A DNA stretch of 64,000 nucleotides, taken from the NCBI GenBank assembly GCA_002269645.1, contig NIVC01003033.1, positions 59,773 through 123,772 on the forward strand, given 5' to 3'. The position numbers and the translations under genes are program-made. How positions within the stretch are numbered: the first letter of the stretch is position 1; each line of letters starts with the position of its first letter. Under the pieces are notes generated by a model. It saw only the letters and a program-made list of their open reading frames with translations. It ran no database searches and was not told where the DNA came from. The DNA is from Macrostomum lignano. Lineage: Eukaryota. Shown piece after piece: positions 38,101-52,663 of this stretch.

Positions 38101-41100
38101 TTTTTCAAGTGCAAAGGAGTACGTAGGCTGAGTAAACAGGCAAGATAGGATAAATCATGGGATATTTACGCGGTTGTGAGACAGAAAAATCTATATATTC
38201 AATCAAAGAACTGTTAGTATTATCTGAATTCATTAACCCTGACTTTGCATTGCAGCAGATGGGGCTATCAGCAGTTTCTCTATAATTATTAACACCATCT
38301 AATAAAGCTTAAATTTGGATTATTATCGCACTGTAGGATAGCGTTAAAGCATCTTTTCAAAATACCAAGTCTAAACCGTTTTTAATACCGACAAAACACC
38401 TCGAGGTAAGAGTGCTAGTTAAGGGTTGGGGGTAGCGGGCGGTCAGCTGAGAGACAGGGGGATGGGGGTAGCGGGCGGTCAGCTGAGAGACAGGGGGTTG
38501 GGGGCGGCGGGCGGTCAGCTGAGAGACAGGGGGTTGTGGGCAGCGGGCGGTCAGCTGAGAGACAGGGGGTTGGGGGTAGCGGGCGGTCAGCTGAGAGACA
38601 GGGGGATGGGGGTAGCGGGCGGTCAGCTGAGAGACAGGGGGTTGGTGGTAGTGGTCGGTCAGCTGAGAAAACAGGGGGTTGGGGGCAGCGGGCGGTCAGC
38701 TGAGAGACAGGGGGTTGAGGTCTTAGCTAAAGATGGACACACGTAACGCTCTCAGTTGTAAATAAACGATAGCAGCGAATCAACATGTTACGATAGGCAT
38801 CCCGTAGTCTAAAAAAGGCACTAAACAAATGAGCCGAGAAGTACCGTCAGCTTCTTGCTGTTCATTGGTTGAGTCCGGCTCCAAGTCAAAAAAGGTCGAC
38901 TTGCCAGACTTCCGACGCGTTGTGTCAGCCAACCAGGAGCGTCCTATGTATACGCACGTATTACAGTTAGCGAATTGCGCTACTTAAAGTAGAAATAAAA
39001 GATTTTTTGCAGCCAAAATAAATGCAAGCTAATAAAAACACAAAGCGTTTTCACTATCAAGAATACAGGTAAAATGATAACATAGTGTGGAGACAAACAC
39101 TGGATAGTGAAAAGTGCAAATGACAGATAGGCGCTGGAAAATTGAATAATTGCAAGCTGAGTAAGATTTAGCAAGCTGAGCAAGGCGGAGAACACGTGCA
39201 TACTAACTAGCACATTAATACCTAAACTTCTTCTTGTACCTTTAAATGAGCCGCTTGACTTGTGTCCGTGATCTTCTTTATAGTAGAAGAAAGTTTAGAA
39301 AAAATATTAATAAATTATATGCAATTATTCCGCTAGTAAGTAAAAGTACAATAAAATACGAGTATATAGACAATTTGCGCAACTTACTACTTTCCCGCGA
39401 GCTGCTCAAACTGCGAGCCAGTATGCTTAGCTTAGAGGTTGTGCAGCTAATTGGCTTGACATTGTCCATGCAGGACTTGTGCGCCGCCACTTCGCAGTCG
39501 CCAACTGTTTAAAGGATAATGAGGGGTTGGGAAATTTACTATTATATTGAGTACTTGACCTTCGGTTCTTTACTCAATCAGAACTCAATACCTACAGCGG
39601 GTCACCAATGCTACCCAGTGGGTCACCAATGCTACTCAGTGGGTCACCGATGATCACTCAGTGGGTCACCGATGATTACTCAGTGGGTCACCGATGATTA
39701 CCCAGTGGGTCACCGATGATTACTCAGTGGGTCACCAATGCTACCCAGCGGGTCACCAATGCTACTCAGTGGGTCACCGATGATTACTCAGTGGGTCACC
39801 AATGCTACTCAGTGGGTCACCGATGATTACTCAGTGGGTCACCAATGCTACCCAGTGGGTCACCGATGATTACTCAGTGGGTCACCAATGCTACCCAGTG
39901 GGTCACCGATGATTACTCAGTGGGTCACCAATGCTACCCAGCGGGTCACCAATGCTACTCAGTGGGTCACCGATGATTACTCAGTGGGTCACCAATGCTA
40001 CCCAGTGGATCACCAATGCTACTCAGTGGGTCACCAATGCTACTCAGCGGGTCACCAATGCTACTCAGTGGGTCACCCGAGAACGCAAACGCCAGCCAAC
40101 CTGTGCAAACGTATCCCTGCGGCCCGGGCCCGGCCAGCAGGCGGCCACAAGCGGAGCAGGGATGCAGCCGGTCCAGCTCAACCAATCTGAGAAGATGCGG
40201 GCCACGCTTCTCAAACGTAGCCGAAGACCGCCGCCCGGCGCCGCCGCGGCTCTGTCGCGGACAATTCAACACCGCAGCTGGCCAAAAATCGTTGGCAGCC
40301 GTATCGCCCGGTCGCAAATGAAACACGTGCTCGAGCACGGTTGCTAAGCAACCGGCCTCTAGATCGCCTCCGAACGAAGCGCTAGCTAGGAATTGCAGAT
40401 GAGCCTGCATGATTGGCCTAGACTTGTTTAGAAACAGTTGCTGCTTTTCCTCGGACAGGTCCTCTCGCAGGCTGTCTATGGCCGGGAGAATGTCCGACAC
40501 GAAGCCGTCCCGGCGTTTGGCGAGAACCTCCTGAGGTGGATCGAAAAGATAATATATAGCCACTGTGTGACCTAAAAGGTGAGGTCTTATAAAGTGGGTC
40601 ACAATGGTAGGTTACCACTGTGACCTGAGAAGTGTGTGGTCTCATAAAGTGGTTAACAATGGTAAGTCGTCACTGTGTGACCTGAGAAGTGTGTGGTCTC
40701 ATAAAGTGGTTCACAATGGTAAGTCGTCACTGTGTGACCTGAGAAGTGTGTGGTCTCATAAAGTGGTTCACAATGGTAAGTCGTCACTGTGTGACCTGAG
40801 AAGTGTGTGGTCTCATAAAGTGGTTCACAATGGTAAGTCGTCACTGTGTGACCTGAGAAGTGTGTGGTCTCATAAAGTGGTTCACAATGGTAAGTCGTCA
40901 CTGTGTGACCTGAGAAGTGTGTGGTCTCATAAAGTGGTTCACAATGGTAAGTCGTCACTGTGTGACCTGAGAAGTGTGTGGTCTCATAAAGTGGTTAACA
41001 ATGGTAAGTCGTCACTGTGTGACCTGAGAAGTGTGTGGTCTCATAAAGTGGGTCACAATGGTAAGTCGTCACTGTGTGACCTGAGAAGTGTGTGGTCTCA

Positions 41101-44100
41101 TAAAGTGGTTCACAATGGTAAGTCGTCACTGTGTGACCTGAGAAGTGTGTGGTCTCATAAAGTGGTTCACAATGGTAAGTCGTCACTGTGTGACCTGAGA
41201 AGTGTGTGGTCTCATAAAGTGGTTAACAATGGTAAGTCGTCACTGTGTGACCTGAGAAGTGTGTGGTCTCATAAAGTGGTTAACAATGGTAAGTCGTCAC
41301 TGTGTGACCTGAGAAGTGTGTGGTCTCATAAAGTGGTTCACAATGGTAAGTCGTCACTGTGTGACCTGAGAAGTGTGTGGTCTCATAAAGTGGTTCACAA
41401 TGGTAAGTCGTCACTGTGTGACCTGAGAAGTGTGTGGTCTCATAAAGTGGGTCACAATGGTAAGTCGTCACTGTGTGACCTGAGAAGTGTGTGGTCTCAT
41501 AAAGTGGTTCACAATGGTAAGTCGTCACTGTGTGACCTGAGAAGTGTGTGGTCTCATAAAGTGGTTCACAATGGTAAGTCGTCACTGTGTGATCTGAGAA
41601 GTGTGTGGTCTCATAAAGTGGTTCACAATGGTAAGTTGCCACTGTGTGACCTGAGAAGTGTGTGGTCTCATAAAGTGGTTCACAATGGTAAGTCGTCACT
41701 GTGTGACCTGAGAAGTGTGTGGTCTCATAAAGTGGTTCACAATGGTAAGTCGTCACTGTGTGACCTGAGAAGTGTGTGGTCTCATAAAGTGGTTCACAAT
41801 GGTAAGTCGTCACTGTGTGACCTGAGAAGTGTGTGGTCTCATAAAGTGGTTCACAATGGTAAGTCGTCACTGTGTGACCTGAGAAGTGTGTGGTCTCATA
41901 AAGTGGTTCACAATGGTAGGTCGCTACTGTGTGACCTGAGAAGTGTGTGGTCTCATAAAGTGGTTAACAATGGTAGGTCGCTACTGTGTGACCTGAGAAG
42001 TGTGTGGTCTCATAAAGTGGGTCACAATGGTAAGTCGCAAGCTAGCAAAGAATTCTAAAGATAGAGCGCGGTTATTTCTACAGTGGCTAAGCTCACCTGC
42101 CCAATAGATCTGACCAGAATATCCCCCAGAGGCGCCAGCCGATCCTGCAGATCATTCAGTCTGGTGGAAATTCGTTCAACCTGAGCGTCAGTTGGCTGCT
42201 TAGTGAACAGTTCGGTCAGGCCTCGCACAGAGTCGGCCAGCTCCAGCCTGGGCAGGCCCAGCTCCGGGTCCGTGGCCTGCAAGCTGGCCTGCAAGTTGAG
42301 CGGCGCGTCCCGGTGCAGGTAAGTGGCATACAATGCGTAGGCGGTTCGCTTGGCCTGCTTAGGCGGGAATTCTCGCCGACGCCAGTCGTCCGCTATCCAA
42401 TCGAATAGCTGCAGAAAATTTTATTATATGGACCGGTTAATCATGCGCGTCTTTTACTACTAAGTAGTAATTAGTAATTAGCATGTTAAGATACTTGTCT
42501 TCTTCTCTTTAATATCTAACGCCACTTTGCCTCCCTATGAAAATCCCTAAATATCCCAAACCTCTTTGTCTCTGCATAAAAATCCCAAGATATCACAAAC
42601 CAGTTTGAATTCCTATACTTTGCCTCTCTCTGAACACCCCAAATACCCCATCTACTATGCATAAATGGTTGCTACTGAATGAGAACACGGGTAACTAAAA
42701 GCATTTAAATAAAAAACTTACCACAAAATTTAACGGTTTATACCACTTGGCCTCTTTCTTAGCTAGCAATGAGTGCAGAAACACTAGCATAGCCGGCTTG
42801 AACTGTTTCATACGGACATAGCCGGATAGGTAAGTCTTCAGTGTCTGTATGCGGTGAAGGTAAACGAGATAGACAGTATTAATGATTTAACACTATATAT
42901 AGAATAATTAAAGTAACAAAGATAGTATTTGCTCTAATCTGGTCTAAGCAGAGAAGCAAAATTGAAATAAAATATTATAAAAATGCCTGTATGAACTCAA
43001 AATGGCTGTTTTACGAGCCCTTTTGAGCTTTTGAGGGCTCGTAAATCGTTGATCAGGGGCCATATACAGAGTTCAGCTCATGGCGGCGGACCAGAGGGGA
43101 GAGGAGAAAAGGGAAGAGGAGATTAGAGATGGAAGAATAGAGAAGATTGGTCGGAAGAGGCGAGAGTGGAGAGAGGGAGAGAATAGAATATATAAGATGA
43201 GAGAAAAGATGGAAGATGAAAGGAGAGGCAGGAGAGAAGAGAGGAGAGAGAGAGAACAGGGGAGAGAAGAGGGAAGAGAAGAGGGGAGATAAGAGGAAAG
43301 AGAAGAGGGGAGATAAGAGGGGAGAGAAGAGGGGAGAGAAGAAGGGAGAGACAAGAGGGAAGAAAGAGAAGAGAGAGAAGAGAGAAGGGGAGAGAAGAGG
43401 GGAGAGGGAAGAGGGGAAAGAATAGGGGAGAGAGAAGAGGGGAGAAGAGGGAAGAGAAGAGAATAGAGAGAAGAAAAGAGAAGGAGGAGAAGAGGGGAGA
43501 GAGAAGAGGGGAGAGAGAAGAGGGGAGAGAGAAGAGGGGAGAGAAGAGGGGAGAGAGAAAGAATAGGGAAGAAAGAAGGGGAGAGAAGAGGGGACAGAAG
43601 AGGGGAGAGAGACAAGAGGGAAGAAAGAGAAGAGAGAGAAGAAGAAAGAAGGGGAGAGAGAAGAGGGGAGAGAAGAGGGGAGAGAGAAAGAATAGGGAAG
43701 AGAAGAGAGGGGGAGAGAGAAGAGGGAAGAGAAGAGAGGGGGGAGAGAGAAGAGGGAAGAGAAGAGAGGGGAGAGAGAGAGAAAAGGGAAGAGAAGAGAG
43801 GGGGAGAGAGAGAAGAGGGAAGAGAGGACTAGCGGGCGGGAGTTTTCAGCCCTTGTGTTTGATGCAAAAAGCTTTCAATCGGAGAGCTTCATTATAAAGC
43901 GGAAATTTCAAAGACTCAAAAACGAAAAAAGAACAACTCGCCTCTAACGCTTTCTCCATACTCTGCGAGTCGGGCGTCTCTCTATTGAAGTTCGGATCGC
44001 ACGACATGAACGAAGAAATGTCAATGTCCGGCTCCTCTTCATCATCGTCGCACTCGTCAGACTGGGACGCTCGCAGCCCGGTCGGTTCTCGGGGAATTCG

Positions 44101-47100
44101 CTGCGATGTATAGAGATGAATTGTTCGAATACGAATTAGAAACCTATCATTAAGATAGTTTTTAGATAAAATTCAACCGCTTGAAACTCTCTGTATTCAA
44201 AAAACGCAGTAGTTAAAAGGTTTAAAATCTGATATAGAAGCAAGGCTGACATTGGGCCGGATAAAAAAGGCACCAGCCGCTAACACGGGCTGGTCCGGGC
44301 CTGTATAAAAGTTTACTAAAACTGACTGGGCTGTGCCTGCGCCGCACAGCTGCTCGCCTCCAATGACGGCCTCCGCTGCTACCGACGCTGTAGACAGAGG
44401 CCTGGGTCTGCAATTTCATTGATTTTCCCTGACTATTGTTGGGGTGGTGGGCTAGAAGTGAGGATGACTGTATGTACATTGTGGGGTGGCGGGTTAGGAG
44501 TGAGGATGTCTGCGCGTGTGCATTGTTGGGGTGGTGGGTTAGGAGTGATGATGACTGCGAGTGTACATTGTTGGGGTGGTGGGTTAGGAGTGATGATGAC
44601 TGCGAGTGTACATTGTGGGGTGGGGGTTGGGAGCGAGGACGACTGCGAGTGTACATTGTTGGGGTGGTGGGTTAGGAGTGATGATGACTGCGAGTGTACA
44701 TTGTTGGGGTGGTGGGTTAGGAGTGATGATGACTGCGAGTGTACATTGTTGGGGTGGTGGGTTAGGAGTGATGATGACTGCGAGTGTACATTGTGGGGTG
44801 GGGGTTGGGAGCGAGGACGACTGCGAGTGTACATTGTGTACATTGTGAGTGATTGTACATTGTGGTTGGTTAGGAGCGAGGGTTACTGCGAGTGTACATT
44901 GTGAGGTGGTTGGTTAGGAGCGAGGATGAATGCAAGTGTACATTGTTGGGGTTGTGGGTTAGAAGCGAGGATGACTGTATGTACATTGTGGGGTGGTGGG
45001 TTAAGATTGAGGACGACTGTATGAGGTAGTAGGTTGCAGAAAAAATACCATAAAGAATCAACAACACGTCTTTTAACAAAAAAATACAAAAGGGTTAAAC
45101 AGCAGCAACGGCCTTTTGTGAAAATACGTTGACTTGATTCACCTCTGAAAACACAGATAAACTAAAACACAAGATACGAGCTAGGTACTCATTAAAGTGT
45201 AGTTTTAATGGATATTACAATATATAATGCGTGAAAACTATTTTGCTTTACAGGCACTCAATGCGACAGTCGGTGACCCACAGTCAGCGAGGAGCAGGAG
45301 GGCAAAAACGCACCTTATCAGCGGAGGACGCTAGCGAGGCGGCGTCGTCAATGTCGACTGCTGCTGTCACCACTAGCGGCATGGGAGACCGCGGCGTGGA
45401 CACCGGGCTGCCCGTGTCGGTGGACATGCCCGGTTCGAAGTGCAGATCGATTCGAGTCGGAGTGGCCGAGCTGACAGCTGGAGCGCCGACCTGCAAGAGG
45501 TGATTTTGTGTTCTGAGTGTGCACAGAACCAGGCCCTGGCTACGGCGTACACCTGGGCTTGCAGACCGCTCTCTCAATACACATATTTGTAAGTTTTGCT
45601 ACACTGGACCGGATGTTTCAAGTCCAATATAAATAATACACTAGATTTAAAGCAGCCGGCTGGCTATTTCAAACTTATACAAAACATTCTATCATACGAT
45701 GTGGATGCTTCGAGTTGGCATTTATGAAGTTAACTATGCAGCATGCCAAGCAGGCAGTTAAATTACATACCGGGCAATACCCATTTCCAGCCCTTGAATA
45801 TCCAGTTTAATATCCACTTCCAGCTCTTGAATATCCAGTTTAATATCCACTTCCAGCCCTTGAATATCCAGTTTAATATCCACTTCCAGCCCTTGAATAT
45901 CCAGTTTAATATCCACTTCCAGCCCTTGAATATCCAGTTTAATACCCACTTCCAGCCCTTGAATATCCAGTTTAATATCCACTTCCAGCCCTTGAATATC
46001 CAGTTTAATACCCACTTCCAGCCCTTGAATATCCAGTTTAATATCCACTTCCAGCCCTTGAATATCCAGTTTAATATCCACTTCCAGCCCTTGAATATCC
46101 AGTTTAATATCCACTTCCAGCCCTTGAATATCCAGTTTAATATCCACTTCCAGCCCTTGAATATCAAGTTTAATATCCACTTTTTCCACCCATATATGGA
46201 TTTCAATACCCACTTCCACCTTGAATATCCATTTCAACAATGCATTCAATGCACAGATCATCGCTCAGCAGACCCCCAGACTCACAGCGGATGCTTTAAG
46301 CGCGGCCACGGCAGCCGGCGGAAGCAGGGGCAGCTGTGCAGCGTTAGCAAATTCTAGCGCCAATTCAACCGGACAGAAACCGGCCGGTCTCGGACAGCAC
46401 CGATCAAGTAGGGTGCGCAGTCGGGCAAATAGCTTCTCAGTCTCGGTCCAGTCTATAGTAGATTGATGCTGATTGTCGCCGCTACCGCTGCAGAGCTTTA
46501 CTGATTTCTGCTTTTGTTTGGAAGAGAAGCAAAGAAATTGTTGTAAAACAAATAACTATAAAATGGCTTAGAAAGGGAACTTCCTTGGGTGTGTAACAAA
46601 GTTGCGAGTGCTCGAAGACAGAGGCAGTCAAGTCAGAGATATAGGTTATTAAAAATGAACATGCCTCCCGTCTCGTGTCGCATATTTATGCTTGTCAGCG
46701 GGTGGAGTGAAGCACATGCATACAGGGGACACTACATATGCTACGATAAAACTTCAGCTAGAAGGAGAGGGGGTGTTAAGGCTCGGCCTGGACCCATAAG
46801 CTGCCAATTCAGTCAGGCCTTTCTAATCTATCTAGATAGTTTAGAATTAATAGCTGTGTAAAATCATTTGGGTGTACACTTTGGGTGTAAATTGAGAGAG
46901 AGGGTTGATAGAGCCTCAGTACATACTGAAGCAAGGCATGTATGTATATATACTTTATTATGGCTACACAAAACAAACACGACAACCGTTATATTAATGA
47001 CTAATTTTGTTTAATTTTTTTATTCTACTATTACTATTAATTTATAAATTTATTCACAGTTATTGCTTAGTTAACTGCAAATCTTTTTTCGCAACAGATA

Positions 47101-50100
47101 CTTTTGTCTGTCTATGAAGATACGTGTGACCCCCAGACAACCCCGCGTTAGTCAACGACGATAAACAGACATTTGCAATTCAGAATACTACTCAGAGCCA
47201 TAGACAATTGCAATTCAGAATACTACTCAGAGCCATAGACAGTTGCAATTCAGAATACTACTCAGAGCCATAGACAGTTGCAATTCAGAATACTACTCAA
47301 AGCCATAGACAGTTGCAATTCAGAATACTACTCAAAGCCATAGACAGTTGCAATTCAGAATACTACTCAAAGCCATAGACAGTTGCAATTCAGAATACTA
47401 CCCAAAGCCATAGACAATTGCAATTCAGAATACTACTCAAAGCCATAGACAATTGCAATTCAGAATACTACTCAAAGCCATAGACAGTTGCAATTCAGAA
47501 TACTACTCAGAGCCATAGACAGTTGCAATTCAGAATACTACTCAGAGCCATAGACAGTTGCAATTCAGAATACTACTCAAAGCCATAGACAATTGCAATT
47601 CAGAATACTACTCAGAGACATAGACAGTTGCAATTCAGAATACTACTCAGAGCCATAGACAGTTGCAATTCAGAATACTACTCAAAGCCATAGACAGTTG
47701 CAATTCAGAATACTACTCAGAGCCATAGACAATTGCAATTCAGAATACTACTCAAAGCCATAGACAATTGCAATTCAGAATACTACTCAAAGCCATAGAC
47801 AGTTGCAATTCAGAATACTACTCAGAGCCATAGACAGTTGCAATTCAGAATACTACTCAGAGCCATAGACAGTTGCAATTCAGAATACTACTCAAAGCCA
47901 TAGACAGTTGCAATTCAGAATACTACTCAAAGCCATAGACAGTTGCAATTCAGAATACTACTCAGAGCCATAGACAATTGCAATTCAGAATACTACTCAA
48001 AGCCATAGACAGTTGCAATTCAGAATACTACTCAAAGCCATAGACAGTTGTAATTCAGAATACTACTCAAAGCCATAGACAGTTGCAATTCAGAATACTA
48101 CTCAAAGCCATAGACAGTTGCAATTCAGAATACTACTCAAAGTCATAGACAATTGCAATTCAGAATACTACTCAAAGCCATAGACAGTTGCAATTCAGAA
48201 TACTACTCAAAGCCATAGACAATTGCAATTCAGAATACTACTCAGAGCCATAGACAGTTGCAATTCAGAATACTACTCAAAGCCATAGACAGTTGCAATT
48301 CAGAATACTACTCAAAGCCATAGACAGTTGCAATTCAGAATACTACTCAAAGCCATAGACAGTTGCAATTCAGAATACTACTCAAAGCCATAGACAATTG
48401 CAATTCAGAATACTACTCAAAGCCATAGACAGTTGCAATTCAGAATACTACTCAAAGCCATAGACAGTTGCAATTCAGAATACTACTCAAAGCCATAGAC
48501 AGTTGCAATTCAGAATACTACTCAAAGCCATAGACAATTGCAATTCAGAATACTACTCAAAGCCATAGACAGTTGCAATTCAGAATACTACTCAAAGCCA
48601 TAGACAATTGCAATTCAGAATACTACTCAAAGCCATAGACAATTGCAATTCAGAATACTACTCAGAGCCATAGTTGCCATTCAGTCTACTACTCGTACTC
48701 AAAGCCATAGACAGTTGCAATTCAGAATACTACTCAAAGCCATAGACAGTTGCCATTCAGTCTACTACTCGTACTCAAAGCCATAGACAATTTGCAATCC
48801 AGGCTACTCAGATAACAAAAGCTCACCAGAACATCCTGATAAGCTTCTATAGCCATTTTTTTCATGATATCCTCGCCGTGTTGTTGTACAGACTTGAATT
48901 CTGATGACTCGGCGTCGCAGCTGGAGCTGGGCTGTAATAAGAAAAAATGAATAGTAGAAAATTTATATAACCGTTCTTGAACATACGGAAAATATCCGCT
49001 GGTACAGATTTGTATATGTAACGACGTGTGGGAGAACACAAGAAATAAATGACTTTTATTACTAACTCTAAAAGGTTTGAATAAAATTTAAATACTACAT
49101 GTGCATTGAATTGAGCTAGTATTGGTCTCCACAGAAACTGATTCAATTTAACTAGCTAAATTTATACGCATCACATGCAGATAATTTACTAAGCAATACA
49201 AAATAATTACCATAATTAGTATTGATGATGATGAGAGACGGATAGCCTCGTACCAGAAACTTTTATCACCCAATGAGAATTTTGACTATCAAAAATACTC
49301 TCTCTTTACTATAGTATCCAGTAGGGTAAGCATCTCAATAATAAATAAGATTAATTCTGTATATTTACAACGACGACAGTACAACACTTACAGGGTGCGG
49401 ATTTGTATTCGTTAAAAATGGATGGTTGGCTTGAGAATAACAAAATACAGTACAGGATAAGTTGGAGGTACAGGTAAGACTCCGACCAAGTGCTCGACGC
49501 GACTCGACTCCATTTGAGGAATTTGAATTATAATTACAAAGCACATAAAGTAGCACTGTACTTTAAAGTACGCTTTATGAGCGATTCGAGAGGTGGCTTA
49601 CATGCCATTTTAGGTGTTTTATGGGCCATTTTAGAGGTGTTTTATGGGCCATTTTAGGGTGTTTTATGGGCCATTTTAGGGTGTTTTATGGGCCATTTTA
49701 GGGTGTTTTATGGGCCATTTTAGGGGTGGTTCATGAGCAATTTTAGGGGTGTTTTATCGGTCATTCTAGGGGTGATTTATGGCCCATTTTAGTGTTTGAT
49801 GAGCAATTTTAGGGGTATTTATGGGCTTCTCTGAGGCTGGTTTAAGCGCGATTTTAGAGGGTGTGAGCTCTCACAGACTCTCTATTTTACTTTTACTCCT
49901 CTAACAAACAATATACATTTGAACAATTATATTTTTCGAAGAAAAATCGATACTTAACTAGTCAAAAATTGCAAGCTCGGCCGGACTCAAGGTACAGGGG
50001 TATCGCTTATAGAGATTTTAGTATCAAAAAACGGTTTTCTAACTTTACGGAGCAGCTACATTTTTAAATCACATGTGACGAAAAAATTATAACTGTATAA

Positions 50101-52239
50101 ATATTAACGCACACAACAAAGCGACAATAACTTTTATTATGTACAAATAAAGCACTTACAGTCCAGTGACCAGATATTGTTATTTGGGCACGTTTCTTAC
50201 GCAGTGCCTTCTGTTGAAGCAGAAACAGAAAACAGAACAAAGTAGAAGCGAGTGGATTTGGGGCAGGTTATGCGAGCGATATAAAATGGGATTAAAAATC
50301 ACTGCCAATCAAAGGTTAATTATTAATATGTGAGATTGTCTCTGTATTAAACGATTTCAAGTGTGGATTAATCAAACTTCAATATTTTAATAATGAATAC
50401 AGCTACATCATTTTAATATTTAACCCTGAGCCAACATAATTATAAACAGCATTCTGGTGCACAAAGGTCCTAAAATGTCACTCTGAGACTCAATGGCACC
50501 AAAATGTCACTCTGAGACACAGTGGTCCCAAGGTGTCACTCTGAGACACAATGGTCCTAAATTGTCACTCCGAGACACAATTGTTCCAAATTGTCACTCC
50601 GAGACACAATGATACCAAATTGTCACTCCGAGACACACTGGTTCCAAAATGTCACTTTGATACACAAATTATCACTCTGATACATAAATTGTCACTCTGG
50701 TACACAAAGTGTCACTCTGAGGCACAAAATGTCACTCTGCGACACGAAATGTCACTCTGCGACACGAAATGTCACTCAAAGACACGAAATGTCATTCAAA
50801 GACACGAAATGTCACTCAAAGACACGAAATGTCACTCATAGACACGAAATGTCACTCAAAGACACGAAATGTCACTCAAAGACACGAAATGTCACTCAAA
50901 GACACGAAATGTCACTCAAAGACACAATGGTGGCAAAGTGTCTGAGGCTACAAAAAATGCTGAGATTTATAATTCACCAAAAATAAATTTATTACATTCT
51001 TATAATCCCAGTGTCTCACACAACACAATGCCAATTCAAAATCAACCGCAAAATAAAATAGAACGTTACTACAGCAAAAACAACAACACTTACCGTTGTT
51101 GACCGCCTCTTAATTTCATTAGTCGACTTGCCTCCACTACCGCCGCTGCCGCCACCGACAGCAGGCGCGCCAGACTGGCCAGTAGCGACCTGTTCAGCGG
51201 CCAGCTTCAACAGACCATCGCTAATTGATCGCGACGGCAGCTTGGGCGGAGCGGCGCCGGCGACGGCCGCATCGACGACGACCGAGGAGGCATTCGATCG
51301 ATGCCTGACGGGCACAGCCGGCGGGATGCTGGCCTCGGAGGAGCAGGGAGAGTCCGGACACTCCGAACAGGGCCGGACAACTAGGCGAACGAATTTCTGG
51401 TCTGGACAGGGCCGGTTAGAATTTTAATAGTATTACAGAAATCTAGCTAGGCGGAAAAACCGAATAAAAGACACATATTCTACTATAAGTAGGACGAATT
51501 CAAAAAAAGAAGAAACAAATTAAAAAGAGCTTTAACAGTAGAAATACTCGAACTTTCGGGCTAATTTTTTTTGTGCCCTAATAAACTCTACTATAAGTAG
51601 CACAGCTTGAACCGAAGCATAATTTATAGTGCAAATTTGACAGAAAATCGTTTGAATAGAGGCCGGCACTGAAGCTTTATGCTATAGAAAATACCTAAGC
51701 GGCTAGTGGAATAATTACAACGCAACAAGCAATAAGCCTGTGTCGCAAAATCGTACGTAATTCCAGTCGGGCGATGCGCAAACGTCATCGAAATTATATG
51801 CGTTAATTTTTAAGCCTAATTGCGCCTGCAGAGATCAGCAAGACTAGACTGTGGGCGCTTATTTACCATAGCCTAGATACGGAAGACATTTTACTGGTTC
51901 ATGATACCGAGAGAGAGAGAGAGTTAGTTTGGCTTCAGCCCAGCTAACTGCGCCGTCTCTGGCTAAATTGAAAAACATTTTCATAAAGCTGCCCTAAAAA
52001 TGTAGGGCAATTGCGTGTAGCCATAGCGGTTTCCTTATTTAAGACTTGGAAATCTATATTATCAACCACTGACCTTATAATACGAATGTTACAGGCGAAA
52101 TGGGAAGAAACTATAGAGTTTAGGAGAATTATAGCAATTGAAAACAAATTTTGTAAAATACTCATTAACTAACAAAAATCACGGCAGGAAGGCAGACTGG
52201 AAAACAACAGATAAGCGAACAGACAGATACAGGCACTAC

Positions 52240-52282
<43 letters not shown>

Positions 52283-52625
52283 TTACACAAAGACAGACAG
52301 ACAGACACTAAGACAGACACAGACAGACAGACACAGACAGACAGACAGACAGACAGACAGACTTACACAAAGACAGACAGACAGACACTAAGACAGACAC
52401 AGACAGACAGACTTACACAAAGACAGACAGACACAGACAGACAGACACAGACAGACAGACAGACAGACAGACTTACACAAAGACAGACAGACAGACACTA
52501 AGATAGACACAGACAGACAGACAGACACAGACAGACAGACAGACAGACAGACTTACACAAAGACAGACAGACAGACTTACACAAAGACAGACAGACAGAC
52601 ACTACGACAGACACATACAGACAGA

Positions 52626-52663
<38 letters not shown>

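Noticed and set aside
45743-46357. 204-aa [11 protein letters not shown] repeat ORF and antisense ORFs
   Set aside because: 33-bp minisatellite with a unit divisible by 3, inside intron 7.
47195-48790. 35-bp repeat as a possible CRISPR array
   Set aside because: Units are head-to-tail with no unique spacers, there are no cas genes, and the context is a eukaryotic intron. The same applies to the 31-, 33-, 36-, 41- and 57-bp arrays.
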